Assembly (NCBI RefSeq): GCF_001447785.1
Contig: NW_015173676.1
Span: 1,227,483 to 1,291,482, forward strand
DNA: 64,000 nt
Source of the DNA: Gekko japonicus
Taxonomy: Eukaryota
Reading direction: 5' to 3'
Position 1 is the stretch's first letter; each line of letters begins with the position of its first letter. The position numbers and the translations under genes were made by a program. Shown here piece by piece: positions 35,601-48,280 of the stretch. The notes beneath the pieces are model-generated. The model saw nothing but the letters and a program-made list of their open reading frames with translations, made no database searches and was not told the DNA's origin.

Positions 35601-35988
35601 GGCACACTGTCAAGAAGATCTCACAAGGGAAGGGAGGTACGGTGGAGGTTGTGGGTTTATTGGGGGGCGGGACAGTAAAGCAGAATGTGTAGAGTTGGGG
35701 GGGGGTAGGTAGGAGCGGCATAGAGACTGATGTGGGGGCAAGGGGAAATAGGTACCATATTTGCTGATGGGGAAGAACAAGCCGTCTGATCCTCTGGGAG
35801 GGTTATGTGGCGTAGTGGATGTTAGCAGATTGAAAGCAAGGAATTTCTTCCTGTGGCTGATCTATGGCTTGTGCTAGAGTAGTCTGGGTCCCCTATCTTA
35901 TCTACACTTTCCATTCCCTGCTCAATCTGCACCACCTTTTATTTCCTTTAAAAAACAGACCTTTATTCTGAAGTTGAACATTGCCTCT

Positions 35989-38900
35989 ATGTTGCCCTTC
36001 CTTGATCCGTCTGGGCAGCCCTTGCAACCAGTGCCATCGCTCTGGAGGATGGTGGAGGAACAAGTAGCACCCAGTGAGAGGCTTGAGGTGAAGACCATCT
36101 TGGGGGATGATGGTGTGGAACGGAGCTTGGAGCTGCATGCTGAGGTTAAGTACAGGGACTTTGTGCCTTTCTCCAAATGGGGGCTGTAGGCCAGGGAGTT
36201 CTGTGCTTTTCGTTTCCCTATCTTTCGCAGTTGAGAAATGTTCCTGAACTATACCCAAGAGAGCCACAGAAAACAAGGACAACACAAATCCACAACCCTT
36301 CCCCACATTGAATGGGTAGCTTCTTACTAGTGGCGGGTGCTAAAGGAGCATCTGTATGAAGAATCAAATCAAGATTTCTTGAGCTAGAGAGGTAAAACTA
36401 GTTGTCCAAAAAGGGATTGGTTGTTTAAAGGGGCTCCCTTTCCATGCAAACACATGCAGGCTGTAGTAGAGTCACGCTTTCCATTTTATGTGTTGTCATC
36501 TATGTCTGTTTTTCTGATACATGATGTGGAGGACAAATACCCCGTGGACAAGTCCTAGTCTTGGACTTGGTACAATTTAGCACATTATTGCTGAGAGGAC
36601 ACAATTGTAGTGATAAGATTATATCTTTTGCCAAAATTCCTAGGTTTGCCAGTATTCCAAGTTTGGAGTGAATTTTCTTTTTCATTTCAATGCCATATTT
36701 TATGTATGTGATGTTATTTATAGTCTGTCTTTCTCACAGGGACTCAAGGCAGATTACACATAGTGAGTCAGTACAATCCACATAGAAGGCACCATGGTTC
36801 CATAATGTCCCTTTTTGTGTTGCTTTTGAAAGGCATATCAATACTACTGTGACTGACAAGTTTGATGATTTATACAAAAGCGATCTAATATCCATCTGTC
36901 TCTAAAGGAGGACCTGTTGTGACTGTGCTTAACTCATGTTTATAAATGATGCTTAAGTCACTTTTTGTTTTTTGTTTTTATGTAAAGTTAATGAAAATGG
37001 AGTAGTATGTCATCGAAGCCCAGATCATTTCAATCTCCCTCTCTAATATTCCCTTCTGTCATTTTGATGTTCTGACATGACAAAGAGTCTATTATTTCCA
37101 TCCAAATCCTCTTCCCTCCCACCTTTATCACTTTTCTTTTGCTCTTTCTATTTAAAAATATTCTAAGGCAATTTATGATCAGTAATCCTGGAATCATCTT
37201 TGATTTCTGTTTCCCTCTGTTCCCATGTTCAAGCAGTCAACAGATCCTGCTGCTTTTCAGCATCTCTGAGATCTGTCATGGATAGCTAAAATGTGTCCAT
37301 GCTACCTCTCCATACTGGCTCTTCTTCTGGCTGGCCTTCTCTGTCGTTCTTCCCTTTCAGTATTGTTCAGAACGTCTCTGTCCCCCACTGTTATGACTGT
37401 TCCATCGTGTCCCTGCACAGGTTCCCCATCCTGCTGCTCTATACCGGTGCCATGGTTTTCACTTTTGAAGTCTTCCACCTTTAACCCCCAATTGCAGCCC
37501 ACTTCGCCTTCTGTCGTGGAGCTGCCCATTGTTGGAACAGCTTTTCTGTCTCATGAGGGCCCTCTCCAGGTCCTTTCTCAAAACCCACTTTTAAAATGAA
37601 ACTTCTGCTTATTTTACTCTGAGCTTCTTGCTCCTTTCCTGTTATGTGATGCTTCTAGCTTACTTCGTATTGTTGGTTCTTGATTTATTTCCTTTTATTT
37701 TTATCCCGCCCTCCCCGCCAGGCAGGCTCAGGGCGGCTTACAACATATTTGTAATACAATAAAACACACAGTATTTAAAAAGGTAAAACAGTAAAAGCCA
37801 TCATAATTTCAAAGTGTTAGTAGTACAGGTAATAAACGATGGCAGCGTTCTTCCAGCATCCAGATGACAACAACCACCATTGTCCAGGTCCTTGCCAGGC
37901 TATTAGATGTTGATTTGACCCTGATGTTGGTACTAGTATTGGTATTGGGGAGCCTGGTGGAAGAGCTCCGTTTTACAGGCTCTGAGGAATTGTAACAGGT
38001 CCCTGGTGGAAGAGCTCCATTTTACAGGCTCTGAGGAATTGTAACAGGTCCCGCAGGGCCCTGATGTCCTCCGAGAGCTCATTCCACCAGTACAGGGCCG
38101 CCACAGAAAAGGCCCTGGCCCTCGTCACAGCTAGCCTGGTTTCTTTAGGACCTGGAAGGGCCAAACGATGTTGGGACCCTGATCTTAGTGCTCTCTGGGG
38201 AATATGTGGGGAAAGACAGTCCCTTAGGTAAGTAGGTCCTTGACCATATAGGGCTTTAAAGGTAAGAACCAGCACCTTGAACTGAATCCGGTATGCTATA
38301 GGCAGCCAGTGCAGTGCTTTTAGGGCAGGCTGGATGTGCTCCCGCATAGGGAGACACAACAACAGCCTCGCCGCAGCATTCTGCACCAGCTGCAGCTTCC
38401 GGATTTGGGACAAGGGCAGCCCCATGTAGAGAGCATTGCAGTAATAAAATCTTGAGGTCACCATTGCGTGGATCACTGTTGCCAGGTCATTGCTTTCAAG
38501 GAAGGGAACCAACTGCTTAATCAGCTGCAGGTGGTAAAAGGCAGACCGCAGTGGCTGCTACCCGGGCCTCCATTGTTAAGGAGGCATCCAGGAGCACTCC
38601 CAAACTCCTAACCTCCGGTGCTGGCACCAATGGTGCCCCATCGAAGGTCGGGAGAGGGATCCCTAGCCTTGGCCCACTCTGACTCAGGCACAGGACCTCC
38701 ATCTTTGTCGGATTCAACGCCAGGTCCAGCTCTCCCGGACTAGAGTTTTGCTGGCCGTCCAAAAACAGATAGAGCTGGGTGTCATCCGCATACTGGTGAC
38801 AACCCAACCCATATCTCTGGGCAAGGGGGCGCATGTAGATGTTAAATAACATCGGGGAGAGTACTGCCCCCTGAGGCACTCTGCAAACAAGTGGGTGCCT

Positions 38901-41900
38901 TTGGGACAGCTGTTCCCCCAGTGCCACCCTTTGTCTCCGACCCTGAAGGAATGAGGAGAGCCACTGCAAGGCAAACACCTGAATCGCAGTGTCGGCGTGC
39001 CGGTGGGTCAGTAGTTGATGGTCGACCATGTCGAACGCCACCAACTGGTCTAACAACAACAACACTGCCTTACCGCCTCCATCCAGGTGCCTCCGAAGGT
39101 CATCTGTGAGGGTGACCAGGACTGTCTCTGTCCCATGGTCTGGTCAGAAACTGGACTGGAAGGGATCTAGTGCGGAGGTTTCATCCAAAAAACTGCAGCT
39201 GAGTTGCCACTGCCCTCTCAATCAATTTGCCCAGATGGGGCAGGTTGGATACCGGCTGATAGTTGGCTAATTCGGCCGAGTCCAAATATGTTTTTTTCAG
39301 GAGAGGGCAGACCACTGCTTCCTTTAGTGCACCAGGGAACAGTCCCTCAATGAGGGACTTATTGATGATCTCCCATAGTGTACCTCGTAGCCCATCATGA
39401 CCTGCTCTCTTGGGCCGAGAAGAGATCATATCATTGGGTGTTTTGATACACACCCTGGCACATCACTGACACTGTAGAGACATATGCTACCAGTAGTGAA
39501 TTTGTTTCTTTTGCTTTCAGCCTAATATTCACAAATAACACCTTCCAACTTAAGTGTACGCATTTTTCAAAACTTACATGAGAAGCATTGCTAAGGGCCC
39601 ATTCAATGCACACTATTTTTTAATGGTGGAAAGTTCCATCAAGTCACAGGTGACTTATGGCAATCCTGTAGGGTTTTCAAAGTAAGAGACATTCAGAGGT
39701 GGTTTGCCATCGTCTGCCTCCACGTCATGACCCTCGTATTCCTCGGAGGTCTCCCATCCACATACTAAGCATGATCCTGCTTAGTTTCCAAGATCAGGCT
39801 AGCCTGGGCTACCCAGGTCAGGTCACACTATTTTCTAGTAAAGTATTATTGATACTGCTGTAAGTAAGCCACATGTGTATCATCAAATGAGAGAATGCAC
39901 TCATCTGTTTCACTAAGTGCACATGCAGTAGAAACCTGAGGCTAGTTGCTCCTTCCCACTGTGTGGGCCTGTGGCCAATTTTTTCATAAGGCAACCATGT
40001 GTATTCCAACACAGAAGTAAAGTCTGAGTAGGAGACTCATACTCTGTGAAGCACCCCTTTTGGCGTTTGGATCTGGCAGCCTGAGTTGCTTTCTCAGTCC
40101 TGTGTGGATCCTAAGAAAGGGGCAGTATCTCTGTTGTTTGAAGGTGAAATGGTATGGGAGTGAGAAACATTGCAGTTGCCTCAGCCCCTCCTTTGTCTGT
40201 GGGGTCTCCATTTGCCAGCCTCCAGCTCAGCTGCTTTCTAGTGCTTGGCCAGAGCACCTAATCCATGTTAGTCTAGGCCTTTTGTTCTCCAGGCATTCAT
40301 GCCCTTTCCCTATTCAGCGTCCTCCTGACTGGGGCTGAGGAATACCAGTAAACAGCCTGAGGCTTTTCACATGGAAATGGCCCTACCTCCCTCTGAAACT
40401 AGAAGACCAGCATACCCTGACCACCTGGCTGTGGTTCTGACACTCTTTAAAAAACTCTTTCCTGTGACACAACTCTGTGTTTAGGGCCTTACTTGGATCC
40501 CTGTGCCCAAAGCCAAGCGTACAGGTTCCCCCACACACACACAGCAATCCCCATAAGGAGCCCCTCACCTGCATTTTTGTTACTACTTCATCTGAAACCT
40601 AAGGAATGTAGCCAGAGAGTTGCCTGTCTCTCTGCTTTCACTTCCTCACTTGGTTTTTGTCTATGCACCCCTCCCCTCCCCTCCCCTCCCCAATTAGAAT
40701 ATCTGGGAAGCTGCCCAGGGCAGCAGCTGTGCTGTGGCAGTCCCCTTGTGGATGAATGGGGCCAGAAAGGGAGCTGTGGAGCATGTTTGTCCTTCAAGTG
40801 TCCCATATTATGTCGATTGTAGCCAGGAGTATTTTTTGCAGCATGACCTTGTCTTTCCTCACAAAGGAAGGGGGGTGTTGTCCTCAGCATTATGCCTTTT
40901 ATGGAGTATCAGTAGTGCACATGGTATACAGTGCTGTGTCCTCATGCCACCTACTGTGGGCAGTGTTCTGGGCCAGCCAGGAAATGGAGGGTGGGTGGGT
41001 TTATAATGTTCTGAGGATTGGTATTTACGAAACAAAACATCTCTGACCATAGAATGCTTTCCACATAACTCTCAGTTCTGTGTCTTTAGGTAGATCATGA
41101 AAGTGAATTTGTTGTATTCTTCTTTGTTATGTGTTGACCCAAGTGAGCATGAGAGCTTGTTCTGAGACTATATTGTAGGCAGACAGAGAGCACCCAGTCT
41201 GGCAAACCAAAAAGGATCTCCTTCTGCAGGCTTTTGCTTAATTACCAGCACAGCCTGTTGCTGTCAATGGGGACTGATGATGCAGAGTAAACAATGCACA
41301 TGAACACATGAATCTGCCTTATAATGACTCAGGCCATCAATCCATCAAGGTCAGTATTGTCTACGCAAACTAGAGCAGCTCCTCGGGGTCTCAGGCAGTG
41401 GTCTTTCTTTTCACCTCCTACCTAATCCTTTTAACTGGAGATGCTGGGAGTTGAACTTGGAATGTTCTGCATGCCAAGCAGATGCTCTGCCTTTGGGCCA
41501 CAGCCCCTCCTCCGAATTTCCTTCACTGTCTTCTGTCCTCCGTTAACCATCCCTAAATGATGCCATGTTTTTAAAAAAATCTTTTCACTTCCTTCTTCCT
41601 TTTTCATATTTTGCTTGCACAAGCACACACATTCCAAATATCACACACCTAGCAATTTTTTTCTAACACACATTTTAACACCATAATATATTTGTCAACT
41701 GAGTCTAAACATTGTCTTATTATGAAATGTTGACAATTCCCTGAAAAAGAATGAACTCTTCAGTGGTGTGTAAAGAAAAAGCAGAGTGCTGGGACAGGCG
41801 GTTGAGGGAGACCTGAGAAGAGAAGGAAGCAAAGCAGCACAGAAAATAATCAGGGCAGCTGGGAGGAGAGGTGGAACTGAACGAGCAAAGATGAATTCGA

Positions 41901-44900
41901 ATGAGGGGTGGTATCTGAGAAGTGAGAGAATGGAGGGCAAGCAAGGAAAGGTGCTCTTGGTCGTCAAGTCCCAGGGGAATGTGCCGGAGAAGCAAGCGCA
42001 TGAGTGTGACATCTTAACCTTCTCACAACTTTGAGGCAGGGCATATTCTGGGAACCCAGACCCCATCGTTACAGGTGTCACAGTTCTTGGGACCATTGTA
42101 ACTGCCTGCCGCAATATCCAGAACACACAGGCTTTTTATTCCCATGTCCCCACTGTTTGCCCTTCTGACATTGGAGTGAGTTTCTGAAATATTGCTTGCT
42201 GGCATTTGTATGCATTTGTCTCTGTAGTAAGGGGCAGCTAGCTCAATTTGCAGGTAGGAGTAACTGTCATGTTCTGATAGGAATAGGGTTGTCTTTTGCT
42301 ACTGTGTTTGACTCTCTTCATGTAGGGAGGTGGAAGGGGATGATGAGTTGCCTAGGAGAAAGAGTTTGCGGTTTGTGACAGCATGTGCATTGTAGTACAC
42401 TGTCCCTAATCCAGGCTGAATCCTTCTGCACTGACAGGTGCAGACTCTGCTGGAATTCTATCAGGAGATACAGCTGGACCACTCAAGACTGGAACGGAGC
42501 CCTTCACAAGCAGTTGGCAGCTTGCTTGCTGCTCCACCCCACCTTAAGGAGCTGATGAGGGAAGAAATCCGCCTTCTTCTGAGGAGCCTCCAGCAAAAAG
42601 CATTACAGGAGGGCAGGTGGGAAGACCCACTGTAGGGAGAGAGCAGCGGGACCCAGAAAACCCTACATGCTGAAACCTCTTTGAGGAAGGAATGTATCTG
42701 CTTGGTCTCTTGCAGTGCCATCCTAATGTCAGTGTGTTTAGAAGGGCGTAACTGTACTTAGGATGGTGCTGTAACTGGTGGTAGATCTGTATGTGGAGAT
42801 GAGTGTTTTTAATCGTTTGCCCAGGGCAGGCCTGTCTAAGGTAAGCCAGAATGTTATGGTACTGTTCCTGCTATGCTTCCCGAGATCCCAGAACCAGTGC
42901 AGTCTATAATCAGTGCTTGGATGCTTTGAACTTGAATGTGGTTGCCACTCAGTTGGCCAGTGCCCAGCAAGTGGGCTTGCAGAGAGGTGTCTGTGGGGGG
43001 TGTTGAGTGACTCCCTTGTCTGTACTGCAGTCCTGCCATTCCAAAGCAGGTTTCCTGTTTGTTAGCAAAAGTTTAGAGATGGGTGTGTCACTCTAGTGTT
43101 TTTTCTTAGTCATTAGGTGTTTCCCAATTGCATAGGATAGCCCTTTGGGTCCAAGCACATGTTATTTGTCATTCCCCTGGCATCCTCCATGCAGAGATCT
43201 GGTGGTGCACCCCCTCTCCATNNNNNNNNNNNNNNNNNNNNNNNNNNNNNNNNNNNNACTCAGTCCATAGCCTGAGGCTGTGATTATGCCCCTCCCCACC
43301 TCACAGTTCAAAAGGAGCGTTCATCAGAGAACAGGGATCAACCCCTGCAGGAACCCTTGGAGAGGATTGGCTACCTGCCTTGCTCTTCTGCAAACAGTGG
43401 AAAGTTCAGTGGGGGCAGGGAGTGGAATGTACTGGCAGTGGGGGATAGGCTTTTTCCCTTTTAACATCTTAATCACAAGGTGGAGTCCTGTGTGCCCACC
43501 AAAAGGTTCCCCTCATCCTTCAAGCTGTTGGTCCCAGGGAGCACCCTGAATTAGTGCATTGATAGAAGCAGAATTCTACCCTCAATCTCTTTCTCTACAC
43601 TGAGATGGGCACATGCCACGGCTCCTGTACCCTCTCCAGAGGATGAGGGGAGTAAGCCTCTTGGGGCTTCTCTGTTTCATCTCTTAGGTGGAAGAGGTCT
43701 GCATGACTTGTATTCCTTCCAGCTACTAGATGGCTGCTGTACTGGGCGGTGCAACATGCTTGCCTTCTCTCTCATTACAGGGACCAAGACTGTGCCATTT
43801 CTAAATACAGCCCCCATGTGGTCACCTTTGCTCTGAAGGGAGATGCTGGAATTGGAAAGCCTTCCTCTGGGAGCAGTGCCCCCATCTGGTAAGGCCTAGG
43901 GATAGCTCTGTCTTTGGGAAGCAAGACTGCCCATAGAATGTGACCATGGGCTGACATCCCTACTCCAAAACACCTTGGGCACTATGGTTTTGCGGCACCA
44001 CAGGCTGCCCCAGAATTCAGGGCTGCTCTGTGTGTGGAAAGACTGACAGTCTGAAACCTAACAATTATTCATTCTTGGGGGGTGGGGTTGGTGCAGCTGA
44101 ATACTGTCCAATTATTGCCTCTTGTACAGATGCCACAGGGCTTGCCAGTAATTGCTGTGTGTAGTTGTTTCTTGCTTCAGTCCCATTGAGGTATGGGCCT
44201 AGAAATAACTAGTTACAGAACTACATCCAGGCAGCAGAGATGAATAATTGAGCCACTTCACACCCAGTGTATCTTCTTTTCAGTTTAATCAATCTGTCCC
44301 ATCCTTTTGGCCATTTTTTTCAAATCTGTAGTGGAGATTTGGATTGATTTTTGCCCCCAAGCTGATTCCCAGTCTTTGATCTCCCTTTTTTCTGATGGCC
44401 TGCAGGAATCAAATGTGCACATTCAGTTACTTGTTTTCTAATTTGCACTGCTTTCCCCATTTTGCAATAAATACCAGACCTGGAAGTTGTTCTGATATCT
44501 GAGATGAGAGTTTTATTTTATAAATAGAGGTGTTTTTCCTTGAGGAGGTTGCAAATTAGGTTTCTGAAAAATTGTGTAAGCCACAGAAGCACAGGCTGAC
44601 TTTAGCTATCAAGCCAAGGGAGCAACCTGAGAAGACATTTATCACTTCTGTGAACTATCCCAGATAGCTAAAGCTAAGAGTGGTTAGTTAGCATACACAT
44701 TTGTGTTTATTTTCACATATGCCGGATTTTTATGTTTTCTTCCTCTCAAATAAAACTTTCCTTCTGGGTAAGTCTTGCAGCTAGATACTAAGGTGTGCCC
44801 CATTTGTAAGGTTTGCCTAGTGCAGGAATGGCGAGTTGCAGCTATTGAGTCTGTCAGACTACAGAGAGCAGCCAGTTCCGCTCAGGTTGCCTGGTGCCTG

Positions 44901-47900
44901 TAGCTCACCCTATTTCTATTTCCCCAGGCTGCTGTCCTCCAGAGCCGTCAATGACCTGGGACCCCTCTGCAATAAGCTGAATATTAACCATATTGGTGAG
45001 GTAGCCTTTCGACTCCGGTAAGTTTTTGTTTTGTACAACTTTGTTTTCTGCTCCACTTTTTTCTTCTCCAGACAGATGATGTAGGGGGGAAGGAATTGTA
45101 TGAAGTTAACAGGTGCCTGATGTGGATAGCGGAGGGATATATATCAGGACACCTAGCGGCAGAGCCTGGTAAACTCATCCCAAAGCCATGAGCTGGGAAT
45201 GAGAGCATGAAAATGTGTCTCAATAAACTCAGACAGCTTGTATTCCAACCTCTTTTTTCCCCCACCTGTCCCCTACTTCCAACCTGGTGTGTACCATAGG
45301 CATGAAAACACGGAGAATCATAGAGTCCCTTTCCAGTATTTTTTTGCTGTGGGCATATACAGTTCCTGCTGTATAACTTGCCCTGTGCAGGTACAATGGA
45401 TGAGCCAGATCAAGCATGGTTTGTGGCCTCCCATCCCCTACCCTCGGATGTATAAGAGGAGAGGCATCTCTCTCAACTCCTTAGCATTCTGAAGTGTGAG
45501 GGATGTGCCCTCCCAGGGTGAGGCTAAAAAACAAGATGCCTTCTAGGTCAGGGAGCCTGTGGCCCAAGCAGAATGTGGCAGTATGGCAGTTGAGAGTGGC
45601 GTGGGAACCCTGTGCATGGCCTGGGTGCAGAGTCCTTGGGTCCCTGCAGAGTCTCAAGAGAGGATTTGTTGCTGTTCTTCCACACTGTGCAACTGAGCAT
45701 CCTGCATAGGTATCATAGTTGCTTTTTGTAGACCCAAGACTTCCTAGAGACACTTTGCCAGCCAGCAAATTGAGAAAGTCTGAATTGGGATCCCAGCAGA
45801 GTGTATGCTGAAGTATTTCAAAAGTGTCAGTAGTTGTGTCTTTTGCACAGGAAGAGTCTTCTTCTGAAGTACTTTAAAAGTGGGCCAGAACATTTCCTCC
45901 CAAGCACAGATAACTGCTCCTGTAAAGAGGTGGTGGACACCCTCTCTCCTAATTAATTTTTGAATTGCCACACCCCTGTACTGGGGTGGTAAACAACACG
46001 TAAGCAGAGCACACTGTCTTTATAAATTGACAAAGTTGGCATTTGCTTTCTGCCATGAGCCTCTCACACCCAATGGCTTTCATAGGCAATCCCATTTCTT
46101 CTAGGACCCTGCTGGAAGACGAATGCTCTGCTTTGGAAAAGTGCATCTCTCATTTACAGGTAGGGTTTGAATCCCTCCCGTCCCAAGTAAGGCCTCTGCA
46201 GACAAGCTCCTCCCACATGCCGCATCGGTCACGTGCACTTTCAAGGGACAAGGCAAGAGTCTGCTTCTGGAGGCTGTGAGACCAGTTTGCACTTTGCCTC
46301 AGGCCTTCTATCACATCCTTCTTCATCCAGTATTTCTCCCTTCCCCAACCACAAATTGGTCTGTGAATAACTCACAGGTGGTCCCAGGGCCAGCCTGTCT
46401 GCTGGCTTAGAAAATAGGTTGGGTGGACTTGAATTCTTCAAAGGGGGGGGGGGGGCTGACACTGTTGTCATCCCAGCTCCATCTGTTGCTAGTAGTTGGT
46501 GTGACCCTTATTCCCAGAACCGAGTGGGGGGTGGTGGTTAGGAGAGAGACGTGAGTGGCAGGAAAGCTGGGCACCCCCCGGGGGGGGGGGAATAACAGTT
46601 CTATGCTGAGCTGCAAGAGTCCCACTCCCTGGGCCTCTGCTTGTCCCGCTCTGCTTTGCAACGCTAGGCCAGTAATTCCAGAAGCTGGTGAATTGTGCCA
46701 GAATTGCTTGTGGTAGCAGCAGATTTGGCATACTTTAATTTTCAGTGAAACTACAAACTGGTGTCTTCAACCAAACAACCTGCATACTTTGTTGTCCTAT
46801 CCTTGCTGGCCTTCTGCATTGACTAGAATGGCCAGAAGACTGGGAAGCAAAATAAAGTATTCCATATGGGGAGGATTCTCTGTACATCTCTGGGAAAACT
46901 GAAAGTGTCTTCCTCAGCATTCTCCTTCCTTTTGGTTTTGACTGTTTCCTTGTTCCACAGTGTCAGCTGGAAAAGGCGCATTACCAGGCTGCACAGTTGC
47001 TAGAGACGACGCATGAGCCCACCATGGCTGGTATGCAGAGCCCTGGCTTCGTGTCCAGGATAAGAGGAGGAGGAAAGGGAACCATTTCATTGTGCCTGCA
47101 GGCATCATCTTGAAAACAAACTTCTCTCCACAGAACTGCAAGAGGAGAAGCATGCCATGGAGCGAGACTTGCAGCTGAGCCAGTCTCCGCTGTCCCCTGG
47201 TCTTTCCCTCATGCCACAGCTGCTGAGGAGGAGCAGCAACCAGCCTCAGCCTAGGTCAGATGGGAACATCTTAAAAGCAAGGTGACCACTGTGGGGCATC
47301 TGCGGAGCTAGAAGGAATCTGGGGACTAAAGGTGGCAGTTGTGGTTCAGAACCAGTTAATCCTTGTAGGGTGTCCAGCATTCCTGCCAGATTAAACTAAG
47401 GCTGATGGAGTTCATTCTGTACAGGATCAACTGGGGACCCATTAGCTCTGTGGCAGTGTCTGAGGCTGCTCTCCTTTTGGCTTTTAGGTAAGAGCAATGT
47501 TTGGGCAATGCCAGCAGCTTCCTGCTAACCCCCCTCCCTTTATTCTGCAGCCATTTGGAAGGTACTACCAAAGGGCCAGACTTTGAGGAGACCACCCCTG
47601 CTTCTTCACCGAGTCCCAGAAATCAAACTACTTCTGTATCCCATCAGACGCTTCCTTGGAGAAGCCACTCAGTAAAAGGCCTGCAGGGACGGCTGCAGCA
47701 AGAAGAACTCGGGCAAGCATGGAAAGAAAAGGACACTCATTTTCACAGCCCTGGGGCTGCAGCACCACCCAAGGGAAGTAGACTCATTTCAGCCTGCAGG
47801 ATAGCAGTAGCAGGGGTGGTCCCTGCCTTCCACCCAGCACCTCCCCCAGAGCCCTGTCCACTGCCACGCTTGTGCCCCCGTACCAGGCTGCTGCGATGCA

Positions 47901-47914
47901 AAGGGCCCAGCTAG
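35989..47914 (+). CDS. CCDC24: coiled-coil domain-containing protein 24 (about 380-389 aa, 8 coding exons)
   Basis: Exons 35989-36144, 42438-42616, 43781-43888, 44928-45017, 46105-46159, 46961-47030, 47134-47254 (or -47281), 47551-47914. All are GT-AG and in phase. [11 protein letters not shown]...EVKTILG...[24 protein letters not shown]...EGRDQD...[21 protein letters not shown]...LLEDEC and [19 protein letters not shown] match recalled CCDC24. Position between B4GALT2 and SLC6A9 is syntenic. Confidence 0.9.
37685..39400 (-). mobile_element. 5'-truncated, frameshifted L2-clade LINE
   Basis: RT motifs in three ORF pieces: [15 protein letters not shown]; [34 protein letters not shown]; [12 protein letters not shown]...LHWLP. 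3' tail gtaagccgccctgagcc...gggcggga-(TAAAA). Internal 49-bp tandem duplication at 37953-38050. Confidence 0.92.
39625..39821 (-). mobile_element. 5S-rRNA-derived SINE (SINE3 / 5S-Sauria-like)
   Basis: Minus strand cctgatcttggaaactaagcagg...ttagtatgtggatgggagacctccgaggaatac resembles the 5S internal control region, followed by a non-5S tail. Confidence 0.65.
41297..41506 (-). mobile_element. Squam2-like SINE
   Basis: Reverse complement of the family at 16140 and 28381. Confidence 0.7.
43222..43257. other. assembly gap
   Basis: Run of N. Confidence 1.
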
Positions 47915-48274
47915 GGAAACGAGATCACCCTCTCCCCTTTCACCGCTCATGTTCTCCTCCCGTGATGCACTTTGCTAAGGGCAGCTTGTTCTGTTGTTTC
48001 CGGGGTTTATTCGCTACTACTTTGGCTCATCCTCATGTACTGGTCAGGGGAGTTCTGGGGGTTCCAGGAAAGCAGAAGGGCAGTAATGAGTCCCTTTCAA
48101 CACTGGTCATCCTCCTGCAAGCACCCCAAAGGCTGAGATTTTTCTCCTTCTCACCCCCAACCCACAGTGGTCTTTGTGTTAGCATTGTGGGGCACCTATG
48201 ACCCTTAGAGCTGCCCCCCTTTCCCATTCCAACAAAGTAGACTGCACCATCCTAGGCTCAGGAATATAAATTTC

Positions 48275-48280
48275 ATTAAA
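48275..48280 (+). terminator. candidate CCDC24 polyadenylation signal ATTAAA
   Basis: Variant hexamer 360 nt after the stop; another lies at 48421. Confidence 0.45.

Noticed and set aside
34859-35721. 232-aa and 174-aa ORFs in the second CpG island
   Set aside because: GC-rich stop-poor sequence with no homology signal.
39730-39821. 5S rRNA gene
   Set aside because: Internally deleted, diverged and fused to a SINE tail.
43222-43257. Missing CCDC24 exon hidden in the gap
   Set aside because: The expected exon was found at 43781-43888 and phases are continuous without the gap.
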